Part shown: piece after piece, positions 56,715 through 64,000 of the stretch
How the letters are laid out: the number at the start of each line of letters is the position of its first letter
Position numbering within the stretch: the stretch's first letter is position 1
NCBI GenBank assembly: GCA_041664265.1
Contig: JBAYLD010000002.1
Span: forward strand, 35,505-99,504
Reading direction: 5' to 3'
Source: Minisyncoccota bacterium
GTDB taxonomy: Bacteria; Patescibacteriota; Minisyncoccia; Phycocordibacterales; Phycocordibacteraceae
Length of the DNA stretch: 64,000 nucleotides
The notes under the pieces: model-generated
Told to the model about the DNA's origin: nothing
Database searches by the model: none
The model's input: the letters and a program-made list of their open reading frames with translations, nothing else
Translations under genes and position numbers: made by a program

Positions 56715-58265
56715 TCATTTTGAAACGGTGAAGAACTTTTGCGGGATCTCATGCGCCGCGACAATAGATTCATTCTGGCTGTTCCTCTTGAGGAGAATGA
56801 TCATGTCGGTATCGAGGTATACAGGAGCCCATTCCGGATCGAACACTTTGGTAGTGATAAATGCTTGGCCCCACGGCGTATAGTCCCGGTAATAAAATAA
56901 AATTGCGTTAAATGCATAGGTTTTTTCCAATTCTTTGAAGAGAGCGGGATTCTCCATTGCGGCGATATATTCCCCATCAACAAATCGTTTGGTGTACGCC
57001 TCTGGGCGATTGTCGAAAAAGACCTTCTCACCTGGGAAAAGGCCGAAAATGGCGTATCCACCACTATCGTAGTTATTAAAGAGCGGCCCCTTGATTTCAT
57101 TTGCCTTGAAGAATTCAATGGCGTCATGAGCCCCCTCTTTGACGCCAATCCCGAAGTCGCTGCTCCGTTGTACCACCAGCCCCAGGGCGAGCACCATACC
57201 AGCCATTGCGAGAAGAAAAAAGAGCGGGAATGCCAGCATTTCTTTTGTGAGGAACTTGAACCTGCCGACCCCGTGCTCGCGAATTATTTCTATATTCGTT
57301 ACGGTTGCGGCAACGCCAACCAAGCCGAAAAGAGGAAAGTCCCGTATGGCAAACCAGCCCATGACACCATAGACCGCACTCACGATGAGGAGTGGCGCTG
57401 ATATTTTCCTCCACTGGACAAACGCGGCCACGATAGAGCTTACGAGCACCAACGCGACCAAAATCTTGTATGCAGAGAACGTATACGGATTCCCCATGTC
57501 CAAATGCTCCAAAAAGCTGATTGATTGGTTTTCAAATACTCGGTAGCTATATGAATCAAAGATATGAAAGGGGTATAGTGCGCCGCGTATAAACGAAGGG
57601 TTTGCCAACATCACCAGACAGGCAGCCAGCAACACGCGACCGAGCGCAACAGCTTTCGAAAAATGCTTGCGCACGAGAGACGATAAGAAGAAAACGCCGA
57701 TGATGAATGGGCCGAGGATAAACCCGACGTGCAGGTTTACCCAGAGGAGCTGTACGGCCGGCATGAGCCAGAGCCATTTTTTATCTATACTCCCTTCATC
57801 ATATCGCAGACACACCCACAGGAAGAACGCGGCAAAGAGGTAGGTGAATACTTCTGGCCGTACTTCTGCGCGAGAGGCTATCACCACGATGCCAACACAC
57901 GAGATGGTAAATAGTATCCACGGATGCGCCCTGTCTCGAATGAGGTCAAAGATAAGCCAAAAGGCAGCCACCATGCCGGCAATATAGAGAATGGATAACC
58001 CGGAAAAACCAACGACGGTGAAGAATAGAAAAAAGATAACACCCGACAACCAATGATGATTAACGAAGGGTGTACCGCCTTCGGTATACGAATAATAATT
58101 TGTCGTTACTACCGCGGTTCTCTCCGCGGCGCTCCCGGTCAATACTATTTCCCCATTCTTAATATGCCGACCGAGATCCGCGGTAAAAAGGTCGATCTTG
58201 ACCATGAGAGAAACAGTAAGGACGCTTGCCAATGCCAAAAACAATATCTTCTGGTTGGTCGTCAT
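56715..58265 (-). CDS. Polytopic membrane protein, GT-C/ArnT-like
   Basis: DLGRHIKNG, NHHWL, RPE.F, LW.NLH.GF, N.YD.GGY, D.RPEAY; start moved to 58265 (after the tRNA). Confidence 0.65.
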   Translation of the reverse strand: MTTNQKILFLALASVLTVSLMVKIDLFTADLGRHIKNGEIVLTGSAAERTAVVTTNYYSYTEGGTPFVNHHWLSGVIFFLFFTVVGFSGLSILYIAGMVAAFWLIFDLIRDRAHPWILFTISCVGIVVIASRAEVRPEVFTYLFAAFFLWVCLRYDEGSIDKKWLWLMPAVQLLWVNLHVGFILGPFIIGVFFLSSLVRKHFSKAVALGRVLLAACLVMLANPSFIRGALYPFHIFDSYSYRVFENQSISFLEHLDMGNPYTFSAYKILVALVLVSSIVAAFVQWRKISAPLLIVSAVYGVMGWFAIRDFPLFGLVGVAATVTNIEIIREHGVGRFKFLTKEMLAFPLFFLLAMAGMVLALGLVVQRSSDFGIGVKEGAHDAIEFFKANEIKGPLFNNYDSGGYAIFGLFPGEKVFFDNRPEAYTKRFVDGEYIAAMENPALFKELEKTYAFNAILFYYRDYTPWGQAFITTKVFDPEWAPVYLDTDMIILLKRNSQNESIVAAHEIPQKFFTVSK

Positions 58266-58277
58266 GACAATTACGAG

Positions 58278-58350
58278 TGGACCGTACAGGATTCGAACCT
58301 GCGACCCCCGCATTGCAAATGCGGTGCTCTACCAACTGAGCTAACGGCCC
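58278..58350 (-). tRNA. tRNA-Ala(TGC)
   Basis: Cloverleaf with G3:U70, anticodon loop TTTGCAA. Confidence 0.94.
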
Positions 58351-58365
58351 AACTTTTCTATCCTA

Positions 58366-58803
58366 TCATTCCTTGAAGTATTTCTCCAACACCGGAAGAT
58401 ACCCGGAAACAAATTCATGCTGATGCAATTCTTCAGCAGTTATCCAGGCAAAATCATTGTTTTCGAAACTAAGTTCGATCTTTCCTTCTTGGTACCGACA
58501 TTTAAAAACGACCAACATAACCTGATTCGCAGCCGCTCCTGGGTTATTCCAAGGACGTCGCATGATATCAATCATGTCTCCAATTTCAACTCGAAAGGCC
58601 TCCCCTAATTCCTCCCTTATTTCTCTCTTGAGAATTTCTTCAAGCGGAGTTTCTTCTTCTCCTTCGGCGATCTTTCCACCAGGTAATTCCCATTTCCCTC
58701 CATCGAAAAAATGCGTGGGTTCTTGCGTGATAAGCACCTTGCCGTCATTGTTTACGATAAGACCTTTTACTCCCACGTACGATATTTTGTTTTTATTACC
58801 CAT
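58366..58803 (-). CDS. NUDIX hydrolase (MutT-like)
   Basis: WELPGGK...REIREELG. Confidence 0.88.
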   Translation of the reverse strand: MGNKNKISYVGVKGLIVNNDGKVLITQEPTHFFDGGKWELPGGKIAEGEEETPLEEILKREIREELGEAFRVEIGDMIDIMRRPWNNPGAAANQVMLVVFKCRYQEGKIELSFENNDFAWITAEELHQHEFVSGYLPVLEKYFKE

Positions 58804-58813
58804 GTTTTAAATA

Positions 58814-59776
58814 TCATCGTCCCAACGCGAGATTGACCAGATGCGAAAGGAATTCAGAGAACGAGACGCCGACCGCGGCGAGAGATTTGGGCATGAGCGA
58901 GCCCGCGGTGAGCCCCGGGAGCGTGTTCGTCTCGAGATAATAGACGCCCTTGGGCGTGACGATAAAGTCGCTCCGCGAATAGTGACGAAGGCCCAAGGCG
59001 CGATGCATCACCTTCGCTGCCCGTCGCAACTCCTCGGCGTTCACACGCGAGAAATTGCCGGGACAGACTTCATGCGTCTTGCCCGAATACTTCGCGGCAT
59101 ACGAGAAGAAGTCGCCGCCCTGCGGAATAATCTCGACCGGCGGTAAGGTATAGAGCACCTCGCCGCGCAGGCCTTCGACCACGCCCGCCGCCGCCTCCTT
59201 GCCTCGTATGTATTCTTCAACTAAGACGCCCGCCGCGCCCTCTGCAAAGAGCTGTTCGATAGCGGCAAGAACCGGCGCATAGCCGCCGACGACAGAAACA
59301 CCCACTGAAGAACCCCACCCGACCGGCTTCACGACAACCGGCTGATGGAAAGATCGAATAATCTCATGCGCTTCTCGTTCGCTCTCTTCGGCACGTTCGA
59401 TGTAATGGAACTTTGGGGTGAGCAATCCCGCCTCCTGCGCCCGCATCTTCGCCATCAACTTGTGCATCGCGAGATATGAACCGAATGAATCTGCGCCCGT
59501 ATACGGAATGCCAAAACGTTCGAGCAGTTTCTGTACTTCGCCGTCTTCGCCGTATTCGCCATGGAGACCGATGAGGACGAGATCGACTTGCCGCAACACG
59601 CGCTCGGGCGGCGTCGGGCGGCCACGGTCGTGCCACACGCCTTGTTTATCAATATAAATATCACGCGCGATGTAACGCTCCTCGCTTAGATTCGCGAGCA
59701 TCATCGCACCCGTCTGGAGCGAGACTTCATGCTCGCGGCTGGGCCCGCCGCGCAACACCCCGATGATGGTCTGCAT
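58814..59776 (-). CDS. ddl: D-alanine--D-alanine ligase
   Basis: GGPSREHEVS, LHGEYGEDG, GSSVG, FSYAAKY, ETNTLPG. Confidence 0.95.
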   Translation of the reverse strand: MQTIIGVLRGGPSREHEVSLQTGAMMLANLSEERYIARDIYIDKQGVWHDRGRPTPPERVLRQVDLVLIGLHGEYGEDGEVQKLLERFGIPYTGADSFGSYLAMHKLMAKMRAQEAGLLTPKFHYIERAEESEREAHEIIRSFHQPVVVKPVGWGSSVGVSVVGGYAPVLAAIEQLFAEGAAGVLVEEYIRGKEAAAGVVEGLRGEVLYTLPPVEIIPQGGDFFSYAAKYSGKTHEVCPGNFSRVNAEELRRAAKVMHRALGLRHYSRSDFIVTPKGVYYLETNTLPGLTAGSLMPKSLAAVGVSFSEFLSHLVNLALGR

Positions 59777-59795
59777 AGAAATAGTATACCAGGCC

Positions 59796-61127
59796 TCAAA
59801 TCAAAATTTGCACTCGCATCTCGCGCAAGTTTCTGCTTCTCGCTCTGCGATGACGTGCGAGAGAAAACCGATGTGCTTCAGAATTCGCCAGAACCGCGTC
59901 TGCTTCGCTTATTCCTGAAGTACGCGCTCCGATAACCTCGCGCGGGCGGTGCCGCTCGTCTTTCACCACAGCAACCACGGAGATCTTCATGCCAAACTCG
60001 ACAAGTACCGCCTCGGCCGCACGCTTCTGCGTGCGGCCGCCGTCTACGACGATCACTCGCGGAAACGGCCACTCGGGATGATTCAGTCGCCGTGTCAGAA
60101 TTTCCTTTAGCGAGGCAATATCATCATTTTTCATGTGGGACTTCGGAAGTCCCACATTCCCACGGATGCGGAATGTCCGATATTCTTTTTTCGCGGGAAC
60201 GCCATCTATGACCACCGTCATCACCCCAATCGCATTCGTACCCGAGAGGTGTGCAACGTCATATGCCTCAATCCGCAAGGTCCCGCGAGGTGTCACCTTA
60301 CGGCAACCGTAAGGTGACACCTCGCGGGACTCGTCCTTAATGAGCGAGACATCCTGGACATGATCGAGCGCGAAGAGCTCGCGGCGCCGCGCGGACGCGT
60401 CTTCGAAACGTTCTTCTTTAGCCGCGTGGCGCATTTCTTTTTCAAGCGCCAGACGCAACTCTTTGCCGCGCCCACTTAAAAAGAGCATCACATGACGAAT
60501 CGTGCGTCGATATTTTTTTGCATCAAACTCGCGCGGATATTGTTTGATTTGTTTATTGAATTCTATTTTTGCCTGATGATGTTTCCCGGGCGCTGTAACG
60601 GGCTTGGCTGTGTCAAAGAACGGAAATATCTTACGGATAAGCCGCAGAGCCTCTTTCAGCTGCGCCCCGCTCGGGAACGGCCCGTATATCGCGCGCAAGG
60701 TGACTCCTCGCAACAAGGTGACTCCTCGCCGCGAGGTGTCTCCTTGTTGCCCTTGTTGCTCTAAATCTTTGCCGCGCACGACAAGCACGCGCGGAATGTC
60801 TTCTTCGGTAATCACTGCATAAAGAAATGTCTTATCGTCCTTCCCTTCTGCATTCGCCGCCGGGTGATACTGCTTGATCAGCGCCGCCTCGCGCACGAGA
60901 GCCTCAAGCACCGTTGGGGTCGTCTCAAAGGCGACGCGATCGGCTTTGGTCACCATATCTACCACGCGCGGCCCGCGTGTTGCGATCAGGTCGTCATCAA
61001 AATAACTCCGCACCCGATCGCGGAGCGAAGTCGCCTTGCCAACATACAAGACTTTTCTGCCCTGCTTAAAGAGATACACCCCCGGGACATCCAGCAGATC
61101 AAACTTTTTTAGCTCGTTTCGTTGCAT
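59796..61127 (-). CDS. uvrC: Excinuclease ABC subunit C (shortened, no C-terminal HhH)
   Basis: GIY-YIG PGVY...YVGKA..LR.RV.SYF, UVR domain, RIEAYD...VDGG, EAHRF. Confidence 0.9.
   Translation of the reverse strand: MQRNELKKFDLLDVPGVYLFKQGRKVLYVGKATSLRDRVRSYFDDDLIATRGPRVVDMVTKADRVAFETTPTVLEALVREAALIKQYHPAANAEGKDDKTFLYAVITEEDIPRVLVVRGKDLEQQGQQGDTSRRGVTLLRGVTLRAIYGPFPSGAQLKEALRLIRKIFPFFDTAKPVTAPGKHHQAKIEFNKQIKQYPREFDAKKYRRTIRHVMLFLSGRGKELRLALEKEMRHAAKEERFEDASARRRELFALDHVQDVSLIKDESREVSPYGCRKVTPRGTLRIEAYDVAHLSGTNAIGVMTVVIDGVPAKKEYRTFRIRGNVGLPKSHMKNDDIASLKEILTRRLNHPEWPFPRVIVVDGGRTQKRAAEAVLVEFGMKISVVAVVKDERHRPREVIGARTSGISEADAVLANSEAHRFSLARHRRARSRNLREMRVQILI
60133..60157. repeat. Family A REP-like palindrome in uvrC
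   Basis: ATGTGGGACTT-CGG-AAGTCCCACAT; near-identical to 63822..63845. Confidence 0.88.
60280..60330. repeat. Family C REPIN-like palindrome, in-frame in uvrC (51 bp)
   Basis: GTCCCGCGAGGTGTCACCTTACGG-CAA-CCGTAAGGTGACACCTCGCGGGAC, perfect 24-bp arms. Confidence 0.92.
60696..60759. repeat. Degenerate family-C-like tandem array in uvrC
   Basis: CAAGGTGACTCCTCGC twice, then CGCGAGGTGTCTCCTTGTTGC and CCTTGTTGC. Confidence 0.7.
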
Positions 61128-63900
61128 GGCGTTTCAAGGCGTTGGCGAGATACTCGCCCGTATACGAACCCTGGGTGTCGGCAACCTCTTCGGGCGTACC
61201 CTTGGCGATAATCTTACCCCCGCCCGCCCCGCCCTCAGGGCCGAAGTCGATGACATAATCAGCACTCTTGATGATATCGAGATTGTGCTCAATGACAACG
61301 ACGGAGTTGCCGCGCCGCACGAGCTCCTGCAAGATCTCGATAAGCTTCTTCACATCCTCATAATGGAGACCGACCGTGGGCTCATCGAGGAGATAGATCG
61401 TCTTCATCGGCATAGGACGATAGAGCTCGCTCGCGATCTTGACCCTTTGAGCCTCGCCGCCGGAGAGCGTTGTCGCGCTCTGACCGAGAGTGAGGTATTC
61501 GAGCCCGGTCGCGTTGAGACTCGCGAGGCGGTCGGCAATCGCAGGGATGTCGCCGAAAAATTTCTCTGCCTCTTCGATGGTCATCTGGAGCACCTCATAA
61601 ATATTTTTGCCGCGATAGGTCACTTCGAGCGTCTCCTTCATAAAGCGTTTCCCTTCGCAGATATCGCAGGTGACATATACCGTCGGGAGGAAGTGCATCT
61701 CAACGGCGACCGAGCCATTGCCCTGGCACGCCTCGCAGCGGCCGCCAGGAACGTTGAAGGAGAATCGACCCGGCTTCCAGCCACGCGCACGTGCAGCGGC
61801 GGTCGAAGCGAAGAGATCGCGAATGTGCGTAAATGCGCCAGTGTAGGTCGCGGGGTTGCTGCGTGGCGTGCGGCCGATCGGCGATTGATCGATAAGCACG
61901 GCACGCCCGAGATATTCGGTACCGGTGAGTGATGCAACATGCTCAAGCTTCGTCTCGCGGCGAGTGAAGCGCGCGGCGATGTTGCGATGGAGAATATCGT
62001 AAAGGAACGTGGACTTCCCGCTCCCCGATACGCCAGTGATGCACACGAGCTTACCGAGCGGTACGTCAATATTCTGATTCACAAGATTGTGCAAAGTCGC
62101 GCCGCGCACCTTCAACCAGCCCTTCTCACTGATGCGGCGTTCTTCGGGCACGGGGATTTCTTTTTCTTGCCGCAGGTACGCGAGCGTGAGCGACTCCGCG
62201 GCGGAAGTCAGACTTCCTGACTTCTTCGCGGAGAGCAAATCATCGAGCCATCCGGCCGCGACAACCTTGCCGCCATGCACGCCTGCACCCGGTCCGATAT
62301 CCACGAGATAATCAGAAGAAAAGATAGTTTCTTCATCATGCTCGACCACAATGATCGTGTTGCCGAGCTCTTTGAGCGTAAGGAGCGTTTTGATGAGACG
62401 ATCATTGTCGCGCTGGTGCAGACCGATAGTTGGCTCATCAAGCACATAAAGGGCGCCTGTGAGTCCAGATCCAAGCTGGGACGCGAGGCGAATCCGCTGA
62501 GCTTCGCCTCCAGAAAGAGTAGCCGCCGAGCGGTTGAGTGTGAGGTAGTCGAGGCCGACATTCAGCATAAAGGTGAGGCGGCTCTCGATCTCCTTCAATA
62601 TCGGCATCGCGATATCGAATTTCATATCTGAGAGCTCGATAGTGTCTATAAAATCTTTTGCTTCTCTGATGGACATATTTGTAAAATCCACAATGTTCAC
62701 TCCGAGCCCATGTTTGGACTTCGTAAGTCTGGATTCAGAGGAGGACTTACGAGGTCCTTTCATTCCTGTGCTTTGCAGATACACGCGCAGCGACTCCGGC
62801 CTCAGGCGCTTCCCCTCGCACACCGGACACGGCTCTTCAGAGAAGAGCGACGCGGTACCGAGCCCGTGGCACTCCGGACACGCGCCATAGGGCGAGTTGA
62901 ATGAGAAGAGGCGCGGCTCCACCTCGGGGAATGACGCGCCATCTTCGGGACAAATAAATTTTGAAGAAAGAGTTTCCAACGTTCCATCAGCATGCTTTAT
63001 CTTCACCAAACCATTCGCCTCTTTGAGCGCGAGTTCGAGCGCCTCAGAGAGGCGCTCGCGCGCATTCGCCGTCGCGCGGGAGAATTCAGAGACGAAGATG
63101 GTGTCAACGACCGCGTCAATGTCGTGGCGCTTGTTCCGATCAAGCTCGATCTTCTCACGAAGCGACTGCGACTTGCCGTCGATCACGACGCGCTCATAGC
63201 CCTTGCCGAGAAGATCGTAGAGCAGTTGATAGTATTCACCCTTGCGCCCCACAACGACCGGCGCATAAATAGTCACAGCAGTCTTATCAACCGCGACACC
63301 CATCACTACAGGCGCTCCACAAGTCAGACTTCCAGAATCCGTATGTGAAGTCTGACTTCCTAAGTGCCTTTTTGCTTCCACTCTCTCAAACACCATTTTA
63401 ATCATCTCCTCCTTCGAGAGCCGCACGATCGGCACATCGTGGTGGATGCAGTAGGGCTGGCCCGCGCGCGCATAGAGCACGCGCAAATAATCATAAATCT
63501 CGGTCACCGTCGCAACCGTCGAACGCGGATTATTCGAGCGGCTCTTCTGGTCAATCGAGATGGCCGGCGAGAGGCCGGTGATCTCGTCGACGTCCGGCTT
63601 CGCCATTTGGTTCAAAAATTGCCGGGCATAGGCCGAGAGCGACTCGACGTAGCGTCGCTGGCCTTCTGCAAAAATAGTGTCGAAAGCGAGCGAACTCTTC
63701 CCCGAGCCCGAGAGCCCCGTAATAACCGTCATCGCCCCGCGCGGCATCGCGACATCGATATTCTTTAAATTATGGGTACGCGCGCCCTTCACGACGAGCC
63801 AGTCGCTCCCGTGCTTTGACGTGTGGGACTTCGGAAGTCCCACATCTGATGTGTGACTTCCGAAGTCCTTACATTCTTTGGTTTTGGTTGATTTCTTCAT
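61099..63900 (-). CDS. uvrA: Excinuclease ABC subunit A
   Basis: Two ABC cassettes ([26 protein letters not shown] twice), FSFNSP.GACP.C. Confidence 0.98.
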   Translation of the reverse strand: MKKSTKTKECKDFGSHTSDVGLPKSHTSKHGSDWLVVKGARTHNLKNIDVAMPRGAMTVITGLSGSGKSSLAFDTIFAEGQRRYVESLSAYARQFLNQMAKPDVDEITGLSPAISIDQKSRSNNPRSTVATVTEIYDYLRVLYARAGQPYCIHHDVPIVRLSKEEMIKMVFERVEAKRHLGSQTSHTDSGSLTCGAPVVMGVAVDKTAVTIYAPVVVGRKGEYYQLLYDLLGKGYERVVIDGKSQSLREKIELDRNKRHDIDAVVDTIFVSEFSRATANARERLSEALELALKEANGLVKIKHADGTLETLSSKFICPEDGASFPEVEPRLFSFNSPYGACPECHGLGTASLFSEEPCPVCEGKRLRPESLRVYLQSTGMKGPRKSSSESRLTKSKHGLGVNIVDFTNMSIREAKDFIDTIELSDMKFDIAMPILKEIESRLTFMLNVGLDYLTLNRSAATLSGGEAQRIRLASQLGSGLTGALYVLDEPTIGLHQRDNDRLIKTLLTLKELGNTIIVVEHDEETIFSSDYLVDIGPGAGVHGGKVVAAGWLDDLLSAKKSGSLTSAAESLTLAYLRQEKEIPVPEERRISEKGWLKVRGATLHNLVNQNIDVPLGKLVCITGVSGSGKSTFLYDILHRNIAARFTRRETKLEHVASLTGTEYLGRAVLIDQSPIGRTPRSNPATYTGAFTHIRDLFASTAAARARGWKPGRFSFNVPGGRCEACQGNGSVAVEMHFLPTVYVTCDICEGKRFMKETLEVTYRGKNIYEVLQMTIEEAEKFFGDIPAIADRLASLNATGLEYLTLGQSATTLSGGEAQRVKIASELYRPMPMKTIYLLDEPTVGLHYEDVKKLIEILQELVRRGNSVVVIEHNLDIIKSADYVIDFGPEGGAGGGKIIAKGTPEEVADTQGSYTGEYLANALKRHATKRAKKV
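62203..62217. repeat. Family B palindrome in uvrA
   Basis: GGAAGTC-A-GACTTCC. Confidence 0.65.
62716..62757. repeat. Family A inverted pair in uvrA
   Basis: GGACTTCGTAAGTCT...GGACTTACGAGGTCC. Confidence 0.78.
63321..63360. repeat. Family B inverted pair in uvrA
   Basis: AAGTCAGACTTCC...GAAGTCTGACTTCC. Confidence 0.72.
63821..63868. repeat. Family A pair in uvrA N-terminal extension
   Basis: TGTGGGACTTCGGAAGTCCCACA-TCTGATGTGT-GACTTCCGAAGTCC. Confidence 0.85.
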
Positions 63901-63967
63901 GCAAAACCCCTGCCCGTGGAGGGGCAGGTACGGTATGAGTATACCACATTTCGAGTAGTTTTGACTG

Positions 63968-63987
63968 TAGCAGGGGTACCCCTGCTA
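63968..63987. repeat. Perfect 20-bp palindrome upstream of the uvrA promoter
   Basis: TAGCAGGGGTACCCCTGCTA. Confidence 0.6.
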
Positions 63988-64000
63988 TTAAGATAGGAGT

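Noticed and set aside
56715-58313. Protein-coding overlap with tRNA genes (ORF 56715..58313 and ORFs around 55.0-55.6 kb)
   Set aside because: These arise from the ORF caller extending to upstream alternative starts or from chance frames; the real start is 58265, downstream of tRNA-Ala.
1351-63868. Short palindromic repeats as a CRISPR array, with the Cas4-like nuclease at 6246 as a cas gene
   Set aside because: The repeats are dispersed, not regularly spaced with unique spacers, and no cas1/cas2 or effector genes are present.

Overview
A 64-kb chromosomal segment from a reduced-genome bacterium, most likely Patescibacteria/CPR (Parcubacteria-like). The evidence is shortened AlaS, MnmA and UvrC plus typical CPR hypothetical proteins; TGA is used as a stop. 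GC-rich housekeeping blocks (alaS, ung, mnmA, mltG, leuS, ychF at 1-19 kb; six tRNAs, ddl, uvrC, uvrA at 50-64 kb) flank a mosaic, partly AT-richer accessory region at about 19-46 kb. That region carries four radical SAM enzymes (one NikJ/PolH-like with a Cx2Cx2C motif, one B12-dependent, two SPASM/twitch), a ComDE-like ThDP decarboxylase, methyltransferases, two GT4s, a phosphatase, a nucleotide kinase, a deaminase and NUDIX enzymes. Together these suggest nucleoside/nucleotide tailoring chemistry. Other highlights: (i) several families of REP/REPIN-like nested palindromes, found between genes and also translated in-frame inside alaS, ung, leuS, uvrC and uvrA; (ii) an unannotated 43-aa Cys-rich RiPP-precursor-like ORF; (iii) two expression styles, with apparently leaderless core genes versus SD-led cassettes that have sigma70 promoters, boxA-like leaders and terminators; (iv) integration scars, namely a 97-bp duplicated histidine kinase 3' end and an 18-bp tRNA-Val 3' duplication. 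All family calls come from motif recognition by eye; no database searches were run.
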